DNA of 64,000 nt from Cyanophora paradoxa CCMP329 (lineage: Eukaryota; Plantae; Glaucophyta). Below are positions 1-12,525 of the stretch, piece after piece. Within the stretch, counting starts at the first letter, position 1. Each line of letters starts with the position of its first letter. The position numbers were made by a program, and so were the translations under genes. The stretch lies in NCBI GenBank assembly GCA_004431415.1, contig QPMI01000267.1, positions 1-64,000 of the forward strand, written 5' to 3'. The notes beneath the pieces are model-generated. The model did not search any database. It was not told the origin of the DNA and saw nothing but the letters and a program-made list of their open reading frames with translations.

Positions 1-2488
1 GCCCGCGCCCGCAGCGTCACCGAGAGCGGCGGGACTGCGCGGCCGTCAGCGGCGCGGCGGGGCGCGGCGGGGCGGGGCGGGCGGGCGCGCAGTCGGCCGG
101 CTCGGCGCGGAGGAGGCGCGGCGCCTTGTCCAGCAGGCCGGCCTCTTCCTCTGCCCCGCCCTGCTGCGTCACAGGAGGTGGGGGGGGGGGGGGGGGGGGG
201 CGGGGGGGGGGCGGGGGGTGGGCGCTGGGGCGGCGGGGGGCGCACCGGAGCCGGCGGGGAAGAAGCCGCCGAGCTCGGAGCCGGGGTACGGGAAGCTGTC
301 CGAGGCGACGAAGACGCCGAGGCGGGCGTCGCCGGCGCCCTCGAGGCCGGCCCGCAGCGACCCCAGGGGCGCCCCGCCGGCACCCACCCGACCCCAGCCT
401 CACGGGGGCCACCCACACGCGCCCCGGCACCCACCGCGCAGCCTCGCTGCCGCCCTCCGCGGCGCCCAGGGGGCGGCGGGCGGGCCGGGGCGGGCCGGCT
501 CGGCGCCGGGGGGGGCATGGGGGCGGGGACGGGGACGGGAATGGTGACCTCGACGCGGGCCTCGAACTCGGGCGGGGTCGCGAGGCGCTCGCCGCGGCGC
601 CCCGCCGCGCCCCACTGCAGCGAGAAGAGGCGCGTCCCCAGCCAGCTCGGCATCCACGTCCCCGCAGGCTTGCCCTCGTCCCCCGTCGGGCCCCCGCCGC
701 CCCCAGCGAGCTCCCGGGGCCCCCCGGCGTCCACGTCCCCGTCGCCGGGCCCCGGGGCCGACACGCCCGCGTTCGGCCCGCCCGGCACCGTCGCCCCTGG
801 CGCCGCCGCCCCGCCGCCCATCGCCCCGCCGCCCATCGGGCCGCCGCTCATGGGCCCGCCGCCTGCTGGCGGCCACCCCGGCATGCTGCCGGGCTGCGCG
901 GGGCCGGCGGGGCCGCTGAGGCGCCTGCCGCGCGCCGGGGCGGGCCGCGGCGGCACGCTGCCCCTGCGGAGCAGGCGGAGCGGTTAGAGAGGGCGCGGCG
1001 GGGGCGGGAGCGCAGCGTGCAGCGGACCCCGTCGGGCCGGCGGGGGGACGGAGCCGGAGGCGGCCCCCGCGCTGCCGGCGACGGCGCCGAGGAGCCGGCC
1101 GTGGCGCCCCAGCCGCCCATCGAGCCGCCCCAGCCGCCGACGCTCTGCCCCCCAGTCTCCACCCTGCACACGCACTCCTCCCGGCGGCGCCGGCACCGGC
1201 GTCGGCCTGCCTCCCCGCCCTCAGCGCCCGGGGCAGTTCGGGGCTCGCTGGGGACGGCTCACGCGGGGGGCGGCGGGGTGCGCTCGGGGCGCCGATGAGG
1301 ACGGCAGGGCCGGCGCTGGCGGTGCTGGCGGGGCCGGCGATGGCGGGGTCCACGAGGGGCCGCCCCGGCGCCGCCACCGCCGCCTCCGTGGCCACCGTCC
1401 CGCCGGCCGCGGGCGCCGTCGTCGAGACGGGCGGCGACGGCGGCGACGCCGCGTTGCCCGCCTCGCACCGGCACTCCCCGCTCCCCGCCTCCACCCGCCT
1501 GCCCCGGCCCGCGCTCAGGCCCGGCGGCAGGCAGCGGGGGCGGGGGCGGGGCGCACCCGGGCGGTAGGTTGGGGCAGGCAGGGGCGGAGGGCGGCGGGGT
1601 CGCTCTGGGAGCAGGCGGGGTCGGCGACAGTGGTCGAGGCGTCGTAGTGGGCTGCCCCGCCCGCCCCCGCCCGCCGCTGCGCCACCGCCAGCCGCACGTG
1701 CGCGATCCCCGCCGCGTTCTTCGCCCCGCCCCGTCGGCCCCGGCGCCGGGGCGGCAAGGGGGCGCGGGCACCTGGTAGACGGTGAGAGTGCCCTCCTCAG
1801 CCTGCGGCGAGGCGGCCGAGAGGACGGCCGCGCCGAAGGTCCCCCCCGGCACCGACACGGCGCGCGCGTCGAACGGCACCCCGCCCGCCGTCCCGAAGGG
1901 GAAGGCCGGCGCCGGCGCCGCGCCGGCATTCGAGAGGAGCGCCACGCGGTGCGTCTCGCCCCCGCCGCGCAGCTCCGCCGCGAAGGGCGCCCCTGCCGCG
2001 TCCCGCGGCCTGAGCTGCACGCGCACGCCGTCCCAGCTGCGCGACGGCACGAGGGACGTCCAGTTGAAGATGTGCGCCTTGAAGCGGCAGGCGGCGTTCT
2101 GCTCGCCGAAGTCGGCCGCCACGAGCGCCGAGGCCACGGGGCGCTGGGCGCCCGGGACCACGAGCTCCGCCTCCCGCCCGACGAGGCGGTCGCAGTCGTG
2201 CGACACGATCAGCGCCCGCAGCGTCGCATTCGCCCCTCCCGCGCTCCCCTCCACCCGCACCGACGCGAGCAGGAGGCCCCGCGAAAGAGTCCCCGCGCGG
2301 AAGAGCACACCGTAGTGCGTCACGGCGCTCGCTGTCAGCAAGTTTACCAGCAGGGTATCATTAACATTGTAGTATGGTTCAGACGGGCGAGGCGCACCGC
2401 TGGCGACTGCGAACGCCGCATGGATGACGAGAAGGGCCAGCACCAGCCGGCCCCCGGGCGCGGGGCGGCCTGCACCCCCAGTCGGCAT
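1..2488 (-). CDS. Uncharacterised secreted/membrane protein, spliced, runs off the 5' edge of the window
   Basis: ATG at 2488 gives MPTGGAGRPAPGGRLVLALLVIHAAFAVASG (signal-peptide-like), followed by a long globular exon (YYNVNDTLLVNLL...FKAHIFNWTSLVPSRSWDGVRVQL). Further protein-like exons lie downstream (GTWMPSWLGTRLFSLQW; LGVFVASDSFPYPGSELGGFFP). No family recognised. Confidence 0.6.
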
Positions 2489-2745
2489 AAGACTGAACAA
2501 CCTTGTGGTTCCTCGCTGCTGGTGCAGGAACCTTGCTGCTGTGGCCCCGTGTTCGGGGCGCCGATCCAGCAGGTGCAGCGATCCGCCGGCTGCCGGCCCG
2601 GCAATTGCCTTCCGCGTGTCTATCAGGCCACAATGAAGGCGAGGGCGCTCAGCAGCCAAAGAGTGCTCGGAGACTCCGGTACCCCCCACGAGTGACCCAA
2701 CAGCAGGCTGCGGGCAGCGCGTAGTGCGCGTTGGTAGCTTAGAGA

Positions 2746-5584
2746 ATGCGGTTTGATCCGCTTACAGCGCACATCGCGCGTATACCGCGAGACCGGCCGG
2801 CCGCGCCAAGTCAACCGCGCCAGCGAACAGCGTCGAGGGGTTCTCAAGCAGAGCGCGCGCCCTTGCTGCAGAAGGCAAGACCTGAAGTAGCGAAGACAAC
2901 CGCACCGAACGCCGATGTCGAGACAGCAACCCCGGGCGGTACGAAGAGCTCAAGGCCGACGAGGGCCGAGATGAGGCAGTTCCTATTGTGCGTGCTACTC
3001 GAGATGCGACAGCTGCTGTCGCATCCGCCCTTTTGCGCATTGATGACACAAGCATGCTAGCTGCGGACAACGCAGGAGGCGCCCTCTCACGCGATTCTGA
3101 CCTGGATACGTGCGCAGCGGCATGTCGCTTATATACGCGTACATCGGTGCGCACCAGCGCAAACGCGCGCTCGGTTCGCGCGCTTTTGCCAATCGGTTCT
3201 CGCGATTCGCGCAGGGCTGCAGGACTTTTCAAGGCGAGGCGGCGCGGATGCCGAGCGCGCCGCCCCGCTCTGACGCCCTCCGCGCGCAGGCTCGCCATCA
3301 CGTTCTTCGAGAAGGCGCTGCCTGCCGGCCCGCCGGCCGCCGCGCTCACCTGACCGGGGCGCGTGCGGGGCAGGACTACCTGAAGCTCTCGCCGGCGCGG
3401 GCTCAGGCAGTGGACAGCTCGAGCACGTTCCCGTGGATGGTTAAGGTGCCCGCCACCCCGGCCCGCCCGGCGACGCTCCGCCCGGTCCCCGACGCGCCCG
3501 GCCCCCTGCCCCCGCTGCCCCGCAGCCGCTGTAGTGCGCCGCCCCCCGCCGCCCCCCGCCTGCAGCGGGGCTGACAGCGGGGCAGCGGGTTCATCAGCGA
3601 CTTCCTGCCGATCTTCGGGTACCGGCGGCGGCCGTACCTCTACCTCTCGTCGGGCCTCGTGGTGGGGACCTTCCTCCTCCTCGCCCGCCTCAAGGTCGAC
3701 CCCATGAACACCCCCGCCGTCATCGTGCGCCCCCGCCGCCCCCGGCCCCGCGCCCCCGCCGGCGCGCGCGTGGCGGGGGCGAGCGGGGGCGCGGGGCGGC
3801 AGGCGAAGTTCGTGGGGATCATGGTGCTGAACCAGATCGGCGTCTGCTTCACCGACGTCATCGCCGACTCCCTCGTCGTCCAGAAGGTCCCGCCCGCACC
3901 CCCGCCCCCCCGCCCCGCCCTTGCTCGCCGCGGCCGCGCCGAGGCGGGGCGGGCGGGGCCAGATCGGGGAGAAGGCGCCGTACAGCAACTCGCTGCAGTC
4001 CTTCGTCTGGGCCTCCCGCACCACCGGCTCCATGGTCGCCTCCTGGAGCGCCGGGTCCGGCCCCCGCCCCCCCGCCCCGCGCCGGGCCGAGGGCCGAGGG
4101 CCGAGGGCGGGGGGTGCGGGGGGGCAGGTACGTGCTGGACCGCGTGCCGCCGCAGACGGTCTTCAAGATCGCCGCCCTCTTCCCCGCCGCCGTCTTCCTT
4201 TCCGCCACCTTCCTCGTCTCCGAGACCCGCGCCCCCAGCTCCCCCGCCCCGGGCCCCGGCCCCGGCCCCGCCCCCGCCCCCGGCAACGGCGAGGCGGAGG
4301 GGAAGCGGGCGGGGGGGCCGGAGGGGGCGGGGGCGGGGGAGGAGGAGGACGAGTCAGCGTTCACGCTGCGGGAGCAGCTGGGGCGGCTGCGGGGGGCGCT
4401 GACGGAGCCGACGATCTGGCGGAGCACGGTCTTCATCTTCCTCGTCGCCGGCACGCCCTCCTGCGACACCGCCATGCTCTACTTGTCCGCACCCCGGCCC
4501 CGCAACCCCCCCGCCTGCCTCTCACGCCCCGTCTGCGCCCCGCAGCTTCACCAACAAGCTCGGTGCGCACCGCCCCGCGGCCCCTCGGCGCGCCGGGGCC
4601 GGGGCGGCTGAGCCCTCGTGCGCCCCGCAGGCTTCCAGAACGACAAGGAGTTCTTCGGGGTGCGCCCGCCCGCCGCCCCCGCCCCGGCCCCCCTCCCGCT
4701 GCTCCTCACGCCTCATGCTCGCCCCCGCAGCGCCAGAACCTCGTCACCGTGCGGCAAGGCCGCGGCGGGGGCGGCGGCAGCGTGGTCTCGCGTGTGCGGG
4801 GCGGGCTGACGGGGGCGGGGCGGGGCGGGCAGAACGTGGCGTCGATCGCGGGGATCTTCGTGTTCCAGCGGTACCTGCGCAACGTGCGGCTGCGGGCCGT
4901 CATCCTCTGGACGTCCCTGCTGGGCACCCTCCTCCAGCTCCTCCCCATCGTCGTCGTCACCCGCGCCAACCTCGCCCTCGGCCTCAACGACAAGGCCCGC
5001 CCCGCCCCGCGCCCCTGCACTCCCCCCCGCGCCTCACGGCGGCGGCGCGCGCAGATCTTTGTGCTGGGCTCCACGGGGATCAACGCGGTGTGCGGGCAGA
5101 TCTCCTTCATGCCCATCCTCGTCCTCGCCGCCAAGGCCCGCCCGCCCCGCCCCGCCCCGCCCCGCCCCCCCTCCCGCACCCCGCCCGAGGCTGACGCCCC
5201 GCCCCGTCTCCGCAGGTCTGCCCTCGCGGCATCGAGGGTGCGCGCTTCGGCCCCGCCCCAGCGCCGGCTGCGGGGCGCTGACGGGCGCAGGGACGCTCTT
5301 CGCGTTCCTGATGTCGTGCATGAACACGGCGGGGCTCGTGAGCGCCTACCTGGGGGCCTTCTTCACGAGCTACCTCGGGGTCTCCCCCACCGACTTCGAC
5401 CGCCTCTGGGTCCTCGTCCTCATCTGCTCCCTCTCCACCGCCCTCCCCCTCGCCCTCCTCAAGACATTCGTCCCCGACTACCGCCCCGACGAGGGTCCGC
5501 CGCCGCCCCGCACCCCCTCCCCCTCTTCTCAGCCCTCCTCGCCCCGCAGCCGACCAGGAGGAGGCACACCACGGCCACGGCTGA
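2746..5584 (+). CDS. Folate/biopterin transporter (BT1/FBT family, MFS), about 18 exons
   Basis: Spliced translation gives SRLAITFFEKDYLKLSP...FPWMVK...GFISDFLPIFGYRRRPY, FTDVIADSLVV, FMPILVLAAK-CPRGIEGTLFAFLMSCMN, all typical BT1 motifs. Stop TGA at 5582-5584. Start codon uncertain. Confidence 0.9.
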
Positions 5585-5744
5585 CCGGCCCGCCCCGCCC
5601 CGCCCACCATGGCCAGCCCCCTCCGCCCCGCGCCCCGCGCCCCCCGCCCTCTCCCTCGTGCTGCTGCTCTGCCTCTGCACGTCGAACCGAGCGCACACGA
5701 CAGGGCCGGGGGCGGCGAAGAGGGGCGGGGGGGGCGGGGCGGGC

Positions 5745-8136
5745 TCAGCCGGGGGCGGCGGGGGCCGGCTCGTCGGGGTCGAGCTCGAGGTCGTCGGGGG
5801 CGAAGCGGGCCGCCACCGCGCCCTCCTCCGAGCTCGGCGACGCCGGCCCCGCCCACACCTCGATCCCGGGGCCCTCCCCCTCCCCGCCCTCCCCCGCCTT
5901 CCCATCCCCCGCCCCGCCACCCTCCTCCCCGCCGACACCTCCGCACGCCCCGCGGGGCCGGCCGCCCGGCGATGTCGATGTGGAGGCAGGCGGCGGCGGG
6001 TGACTGGCCGGGGCGCCGGAAAGAAAGGCGCTGCTGGCCGGAGGGCGGGGCGCGTCGGGCGCTTCGGCCGGGGCGCGGTGCGAGGCCGAGGGTGAGACGG
6101 GGGAGGCGGGGGGGGCGGCGCGAGCGAGGAAGCCGGCGATTGTGGCGCTGGGGTTGAAGGGTGCGAAGCCCGTGGCGGCGAGCGCGACGCGGGCGACGGG
6201 GGCCCGGTGGGGTCCCAGCAGCGACCGCACCGCCCGCAGCGCCGCCGCGCACATCGCCGGCCCCGACGCCGTGTGCACCGGCGGTGGCGGCGGCGGCGGG
6301 CCCGGGCCCGAGGGCGAGGAGGGGTCGCGGGGCCCGTAGCGGCGCACCCAGGTGGGCGCCTCGATGCTGGGCGCCGGCGGCTCGGGGCGGGAGCGGGGGC
6401 CGCCGGGCGGGGCATGGGGAGGGTCTTGGAGCGGGCGGAGGCGGGGCCACCGGCGCCGTGAGCCGCCTCCACCGAGACCACGAGCGAGCGCGCCCGGCGC
6501 CGGTGCCTGACCCCGCGCCCCTCGCCGGCGGCACAGGCGGGCTGGGCGGGCGGGGCGGGCCTGGCGCAGTCGGCGCGGAGGCGGTCGGCGAGGTCGGCGG
6601 CGACGGTCGCGAGGAACGGCTCCAGCCGCTCCGCCGAGTCCACCGCCTGCGCCCCGCCCCGCGTCGTCGGCCCCGCCCCCGCGAGGGCGCCGGCAGCGGC
6701 CCGCGCCTGCTTCGATGCAATCGCGTACGGCCGGAGGCTCATCTGCGACTGCACGCGCTCCGGGGGCGGCTGCTCGCGCCGTCAGCGCCGGCGGGGAGGA
6801 GGGGCCGGGGAGCTGGCCTTCTCGGCTACAGGGGCAGGGTCGCGGCCCCAGCGGTACTCCGCCAGCTTCTCCGCCAGCTGGCGCGCGAGTGGGTCCCCCG
6901 GCGAGGGCCTCGCGGGGGGCGCGCACGCGGTCCGTGAGGCCAAAGCGCCGCTGCAGCTCCTCCTGCGGGGCGGCTCGGGTGGGGGGGAGAAGAGGGGGGG
7001 GGAAGGGAGGCCCTGAGGGGGGGAGGGAGTGGGGGGGCGGGCGGGCCGGCGAGAGGAGGCGCAGGTCGGCCGCCGTGCAGAGCCCCGCCGCCTCGAGGGC
7101 GGTGCGCAGCGCGGGCCCCACCCGGGCAACTGTGCCCCGCTCGGCCCGCCCGGCGCCTCCCGGGCACAGCGGGCGGGCCTTGGCGAGGGCACGGGGCGAC
7201 GAAGGCGGCCGCCTCGCCCGCCGGGACGACCGTCTGCCGCTGCGGCTTGTTCGCCCCTGCCCGCCGCGTCGGCCCCGCCGCCCCGCTCGGGGCGCGGCTG
7301 GCGGCACCGGCGGCGAGCTTGGCGACGAGCTTGTTGGGGCCGACACCCCCCGACGCCTCCAGGCCCGTCTCCCGCCTCACCGCCTCCCGCAGGCGCGCCA
7401 GCAGCGCCTGCCGGCACCCGCTCCGGCCCCCGTCAGGCCCCCCATCGCATTTGGCGCCCGACGCCGGTCGCGCGCGGCTGCTGGCCCACCGCGGCCTGCC
7501 GTAGCCGAGCGTCCGCCGCCCCGTCGCCGGCGAAGACAGTACTCTCCAGAGCCGCTGCGCGGCGATTCATCAGCGCGGCGAGGCCGCGGAATCCGGCGCG
7601 GAGAGCTGGCGCACGCGTGTCGGCCTCGAGCTGCGCCTCGGGCCCGTGTTCGAGGGCGGCGGTGAAGTCCAGGTAACATTCGTCAATGGAAGCCTTCTCG
7701 AGCTGCACGCCGGGCCCGGCCGCACTGCGCAGCGCTGCCACCACCCGCTCGCTGATCTCCATGTAGCGCCTGTAGCAGACCTTGCCGCGCTCGAGGTGCA
7801 CGTCGACGATTCGCAGTGACGGGCACTGCCGTAGCGCCTCATCAGGGATCATGTGCTTCTTGACGCCGAGCGCGCGGGCTTCATAAGATACAGAGATCAA
7901 TTCCCAGAACTGAGGCCGCGCAACCGCCCAGCGTCAGAGCTGCAGCCGCTGTGGCGTACGCGTACGCGCGGGCCTGGTCAACGGCACACGGGACCCCGAC
8001 GAGGCTTGGGTCCTCGGCGCGGGCCACCTGGACGAAGAAGCAGCTGCGCACGATCTCAGCTGTGAGGCGCTAGCGTTCGTATATGCAGCGCGCACTCCAG
8101 GTCGATGAGCGCCACGAAGCGCTTAGAACCCGACAT
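5745..8136 (-). CDS. POLH: Y-family translesion DNA polymerase, eta-like
   Basis: Spliced ALIDLDCFFVQ (motif I), ISVSYEARALGV, CPSLRIV..ERGK, EKASIDECYLD (motif III) and SGGVGPNKLVAKLA...NKP. ATG at 8136. Confidence 0.85.
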
Positions 8137-8321
8137 GCCCGCAGCCTCGTCAGAAGTCCCTCGAAGGGGGTAGACCACCTCAGCTAGGGGTAGAACACAC
8201 TCGCAGCGTCGCATCGTTGCGCGCCGGTCGAGCGCGCGAGGGCCGCCATCCGCGGCGGAATAGGCATAAAAACGTAGCGCTAGCATTTCACCGCCTTCGG
8301 GCGTGTGCGCGCGCGGCGGAA

Positions 8322-11300
8322 ATGACGCACGGAGAGGTTCCAAAAGCCCCGCCAGCCCTGAAGACCAGCATCCCGACAAGCCGGACGGTCGAGGTGCTGT
8401 CCTACTACAACAGGCTAAATGAGCAAATCTACACCGAGAACTTCGCCGAGGGCGGCCATCACAAGGAGACCGGCGAGAACTTCGTCAAGAAGTCCTACCC
8501 GCAGCGCGTGCGGGATTACCTGACGGATTCGGAGTTTTTTATGACCCTCACCTACCTCGTCCTCCTTGGCGTGATCATGGCCTGCGTCTCCCTGCTTTAC
8601 GCGTTCATTGAAGGCAACCTCGCACACCTTCATCACCTCCTCAGTCGAGATGAAGGTCGGCCTTTCTGGCTCAACCAGGACCAGGTGCGCACCCCCGCCG
8701 CGCACACGAAACGCATGACCGACAGGAAATTTTGCGCAGGGCTCCATGCGGCTGATGTATTACGTCATGTCTATCGCCCACACCGTGTTTTGGGCCGGCG
8801 TGGCGGCTTCGTTGTAAGTTGGCGTTTCGCCGCCGCGTGCCCGACTGTTCACGGTCCCCCGCAGCCCCGCCTACATCTCGAAACTAGGGGCCGGTTCGGG
8901 CATCCCGGAGCTCAAGGCTATCATCTCGGGCATGTCTATTGCCCGCTACCTCAGCATGCGCACCCTTATATGCAAGGTCAGACATTGGATCAATTTGCGG
9001 CGATTTGAATCTCATGCTCGTTCGCACAGTTCATGGGTCTCGTCCTGGGCGCTGGTGCTGGCCTCTTCACTGGCCGTGAGGGTCCCTTCGTCTGCCTTGG
9101 CGGCTGCGTCGCGAACCTGCTGGCGAAGATACCCGGCTTTAGGGAAAAGTTCCTTCGCAACGCCATTAGCCACCGCAGCATCCTTGCCGCGGGCGCCGCT
9201 GTCGGTATCGTGAGGTTTGTGCTGCAAGCGCTTTGTTCAGCGCGCGGAACCTCACGGTTCCGTGCAGCACTTTCGGCACGACCGTCGGTGGTGTGATCTT
9301 CTCGCTCGAGGTGACGGCCTCCTTCTACATGGTTCGTTTCTGCTCCTCTTTCCCTCTCGCGCGCGGGCGGCGAGCGGGGCGCAGGTGTCGGAGGTGTGGA
9401 AGTGCTTTCTGACGTGCATGGTGGCGTCCATCATGTTCCAGTTCGCGCGCTTCCACGGGCGGATGGAGGCGATCGCGCCGACGCACTTCGACGAGGTGCC
9501 GTGGGACTGGACCATCTTCCTCTCCATTGGCGTCGGCATCCTCTCTGGCATGGCCGGCGCCCTCTTCAACATCCTCATCAAGGAGATCGGCCTCGTTATC
9601 AAGCACCAGAAGAAGCTCGTCAAGCACCCGGTCCGCCGCCTGTCCCCCCGGCCGCGCCTCGCGCTGACGCACCAGGCGGCAGGTGCTCATGGTGATGGGC
9701 TGGGCGCTCATTACCGGAATCGTCTCGTGGCCGTTTGGACAGTTCCTGCGCAACGAGTGGGACGAGACGATGAACGCCATGTTCTCCAAGGACGACCTCC
9801 GCGACGAGAACGAGTACTGGTCCGCCCCCGGCCGCCCGCCGCCTGCCGCCGCGCGGCCGAGCGGTCCGCAGGTACGACATGTTCGGCGGGGAGGAGTGGT
9901 CGATCGTCCCGGCGCTCTTCCTCATGTTCGTCACCCGCCTCGTGATGACCTGCACCACCATCTGCATGCCCCTCCCCACTGGAATCTTCGTCCCCACCCT
10001 CTGCATGGGCTCCATCATCGGCCGCCTGTGCGCCCCGCCGCCCCGCCACCCCCGTCTCCGCGGGGCCTGACGGCGGCGGCAGGTACGGCGAGATCCTGAT
10101 GCTGTGCGGGGTGCCCAACCGGGTTCCGCCGGGGATCTTCGCGCTGATCGGGAGCGCGGCGATGTGCGCCGGCGTCACGCACTCGATCGCGGTGGCGGTG
10201 ATCCTGCTGGAAATCACGGGCCAGTTCTACCACGTCCTCCACGTCCTCCTCGGCACCCTCGTCGCCCTCTCCGTCCGTCGCGCCGGCCCGCCCCGCCAGC
10301 GCGGCGCCCTGGCGAGCCGCGCGCAGGTCTCGTCCTCGTTCTGCCCGTCGTACTACGAGCAGGCGCTCGTCAAGGGCCAGATCCCCTACCTCCCCTTCCT
10401 CGTCGACCCCAACGCCAAGGACACCGCCCACGACCTCATGAGCCGCGAAGTCCAGTGCGCCCTGGCCCCCTCCCTTCGTTCCCCCGGCGGCTCTAGAGTG
10501 ATGTTAAATTTACCGCGTGAGCTGGATCATACCAAGTCTGGCATTCCATGAGCGAGCTTCTCGGCGCTGACTATGAACTGCCCCTCCATCTGAAATACGC
10601 TTCAGTCAGCAGCCGTTCTGTGCCTGATCGCACTCCCGTGCAGGTTCCTGGACATGTCCGCCCCGCTGAAGGAGCTCCGTATGGTCCTCAAGCGGTGTCC
10701 CGATTTCATCGCCTACCCCATGGTCGACAAGTGCGTCACGCGCGTGTCCTGTTGACATTAAGGAGGGGCATTAGAATGATGATAAATCAACCGCGTGAGC
10801 TGGATCATACCAAGTCTGGCATTCCTTGAGCGAGCTTCTCGGCGCTGACTAATGACCCCGCCCTTTCGAGTCGCGCGCCTCAGCAGCCGCGCTCGCCTTC
10901 TTACCGGCCGTCTGCGCAGCCGCGAGACCATGACGCTGGTCGGCTCGATCCGGCGCGGCGACCTGCAGCGCGTCCTGGAGCAGGCTGGCGTCCTGCAGGC
11001 CCCGCAGAAGTCTCAGTTCCAGAAGAACATGGACAAGATGACCAACACGATGACGAGCCTGACACAGCGCGTTTCCCGCTCCATCTCTGTCCACAAGGTT
11101 CGCCCCCCATCCTCACACCGCGTCTGGCTGGGAGGGCCTTTGAGTGATGATCAATTTACCGCGTGAGCTGGATCATACCAAGTCCGGCATTCTATGAGCG
11201 AGCTTCTCGGCGCTGACTTAGGCCCTCTCCTAGCTAGCGGCGCCTTTTGCAGGCCCGTCCCCCGGCGTGCGCTGACGCGGGGCGCCGCAGATTTCTGGCT

Positions 11301-12008
11301 CCAAGTCGAAGGAGAGCATCGCGCCGTCGGCCTCGAAGGAGAACGTGGCCGACGCTCACTCGGGCAACGGCACCCCGACGAACGTAGGCCCCGCTGGCGG
11401 CGGCGGCGTTCCGCTCCCGACGCCCCCGCCCCGGCCCCCGTCGAAGACGCCCACCAAGGAGGCGGCGAACGGGGCGGGGGAGGCCTCGGCAGCCTCGTCG
11501 GCGTCGCCTGCGCCTGCGCCGGCGACCATCAGCGTGAGCAACGCCGACGGCGAGGGGGCGGGGAAGCCGAAGCACGCGCCCGTGAACGGGCCGGAGTCGC
11601 TGGCGACGGTGAGCGCGGAGGACAACTCAAACGTCGTCTACCACGACGACGACGAGGAGGAGATGGCGCGCCCTCCCGCCGCCCCCGGCCGCCCCGCCCC
11701 GCCGGCGCGCCTGACAGCCCCGCCAGAACGACGTGGAGATGCTGCCGACCTCGCCGGAGCTCATGACCCTCGCCCAGATGCCCGACCTCGTCTACGACCG
11801 GGCCCCGCTCCAGGCCCGCCCGTTCCGCCGAGGCCGCCGGGGGGCGCGGGGCTGAGGGCGGGGCGCGCAGGTGCCGGAGCTGACGCCGCGGAGCCGGGTG
11901 CACCTGCTCTTCACGATGCTGGCGTGCTCGTTCATCTACGTGACGCGGCAGGGGCGCCTTGTCGGCGTCCTCACCAAGCGCGGCATCATCCAGGCCGCCT
12001 TCCGCTGA
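8322..12008 (+). CDS. CLC chloride channel/transporter with C-terminal CBS domains
   Basis: GSGIPELK, GREGPFV, GGVIFSLEVT, PTGIFVPTL, SYYE and CBS-like segments (YPMVD..LVGSIRR; VHLLFTML..YVTRQGRLVGVLT). ATG at 8322, TGA at 12006-12008. Confidence 0.95.
10494..10573 (+). ncRNA. Intronic box C/D snoRNA-like RNA, copy 1
   Basis: C box GTGATGT at 10498, D box CTGA at 10567-10570, short terminal stem TAG/CTA. Lies in an unusually long CLC intron and is near-identical to copies 2 and 3. Confidence 0.8.
10769..10854 (+). ncRNA. Intronic box C/D snoRNA-like RNA, copy 2
   Basis: C box ATGATGA at 10776-10782, D box CTGA at 10845-10848, terminal stem CATTAG/CTAATG. Confidence 0.85.
11131..11228 (+). 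ncRNA. Intronic box C/D snoRNA-like RNA, copy 3
   Basis: C box GTGATGA at 11144-11150, D box CTGA at 11213-11216, external stem GAGGGCCT/AGGCCCTC. Confidence 0.85.
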
Positions 12009-12525
12009 GGCGCCCCCCCTCCACCGCCATCCCAACGCCCCCTCCCCCCCCCCTCTTTTTCCCTCCTCTTTCGTCCACCCCCTCTCTCCGCCCGCCCTGC
12101 CCCCAAAACCGCCCCCGCCCCCTCCTACTTGTACTTTACTAGCAGCCTTTTCGGGCGCCTTTCTTAGCTGGCTCGCGCCAGATTTCAAGATCCTGCTTCT
12201 TGTCCGTGCATATGTGTCGATCCAGTGTGCGCAGTTGTATTTGCAGATAGTTATAGCAAGTATACGTACTAGTATTTCAGGATTTGACCAGATTCAAAGC
12301 GTTTGATTTTCCGTCAATGCGTCGCTGAAGGAGATCGTGCCACGAACTCTTAGGCAATCTTCAAGGCCTTATAATCAAGCTAAGGGGTGCATGCAGGAGC
12401 CCGCGTGCGCGGCTTCCATGTGCGAATTCGAATTTTAAACACGAGGAAACACTAGAGACACTACAAATAGTATGTGGCCGGACGCGGCATCGCAGCCGCG
12501 GGGCGCCAACGGGACGGGGGCGCGG

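Noticed and set aside
10498-11216. Three-copy repeat as a CRISPR array, TPP riboswitch or U2 fragment (GCTTCTCGGC)
   Set aside because: The copies are 73 nt, separated by CLC exons and have no cas genes. The TPP core motifs are absent and the U2 match is only 10 nt. The C/D box architecture explains it better.
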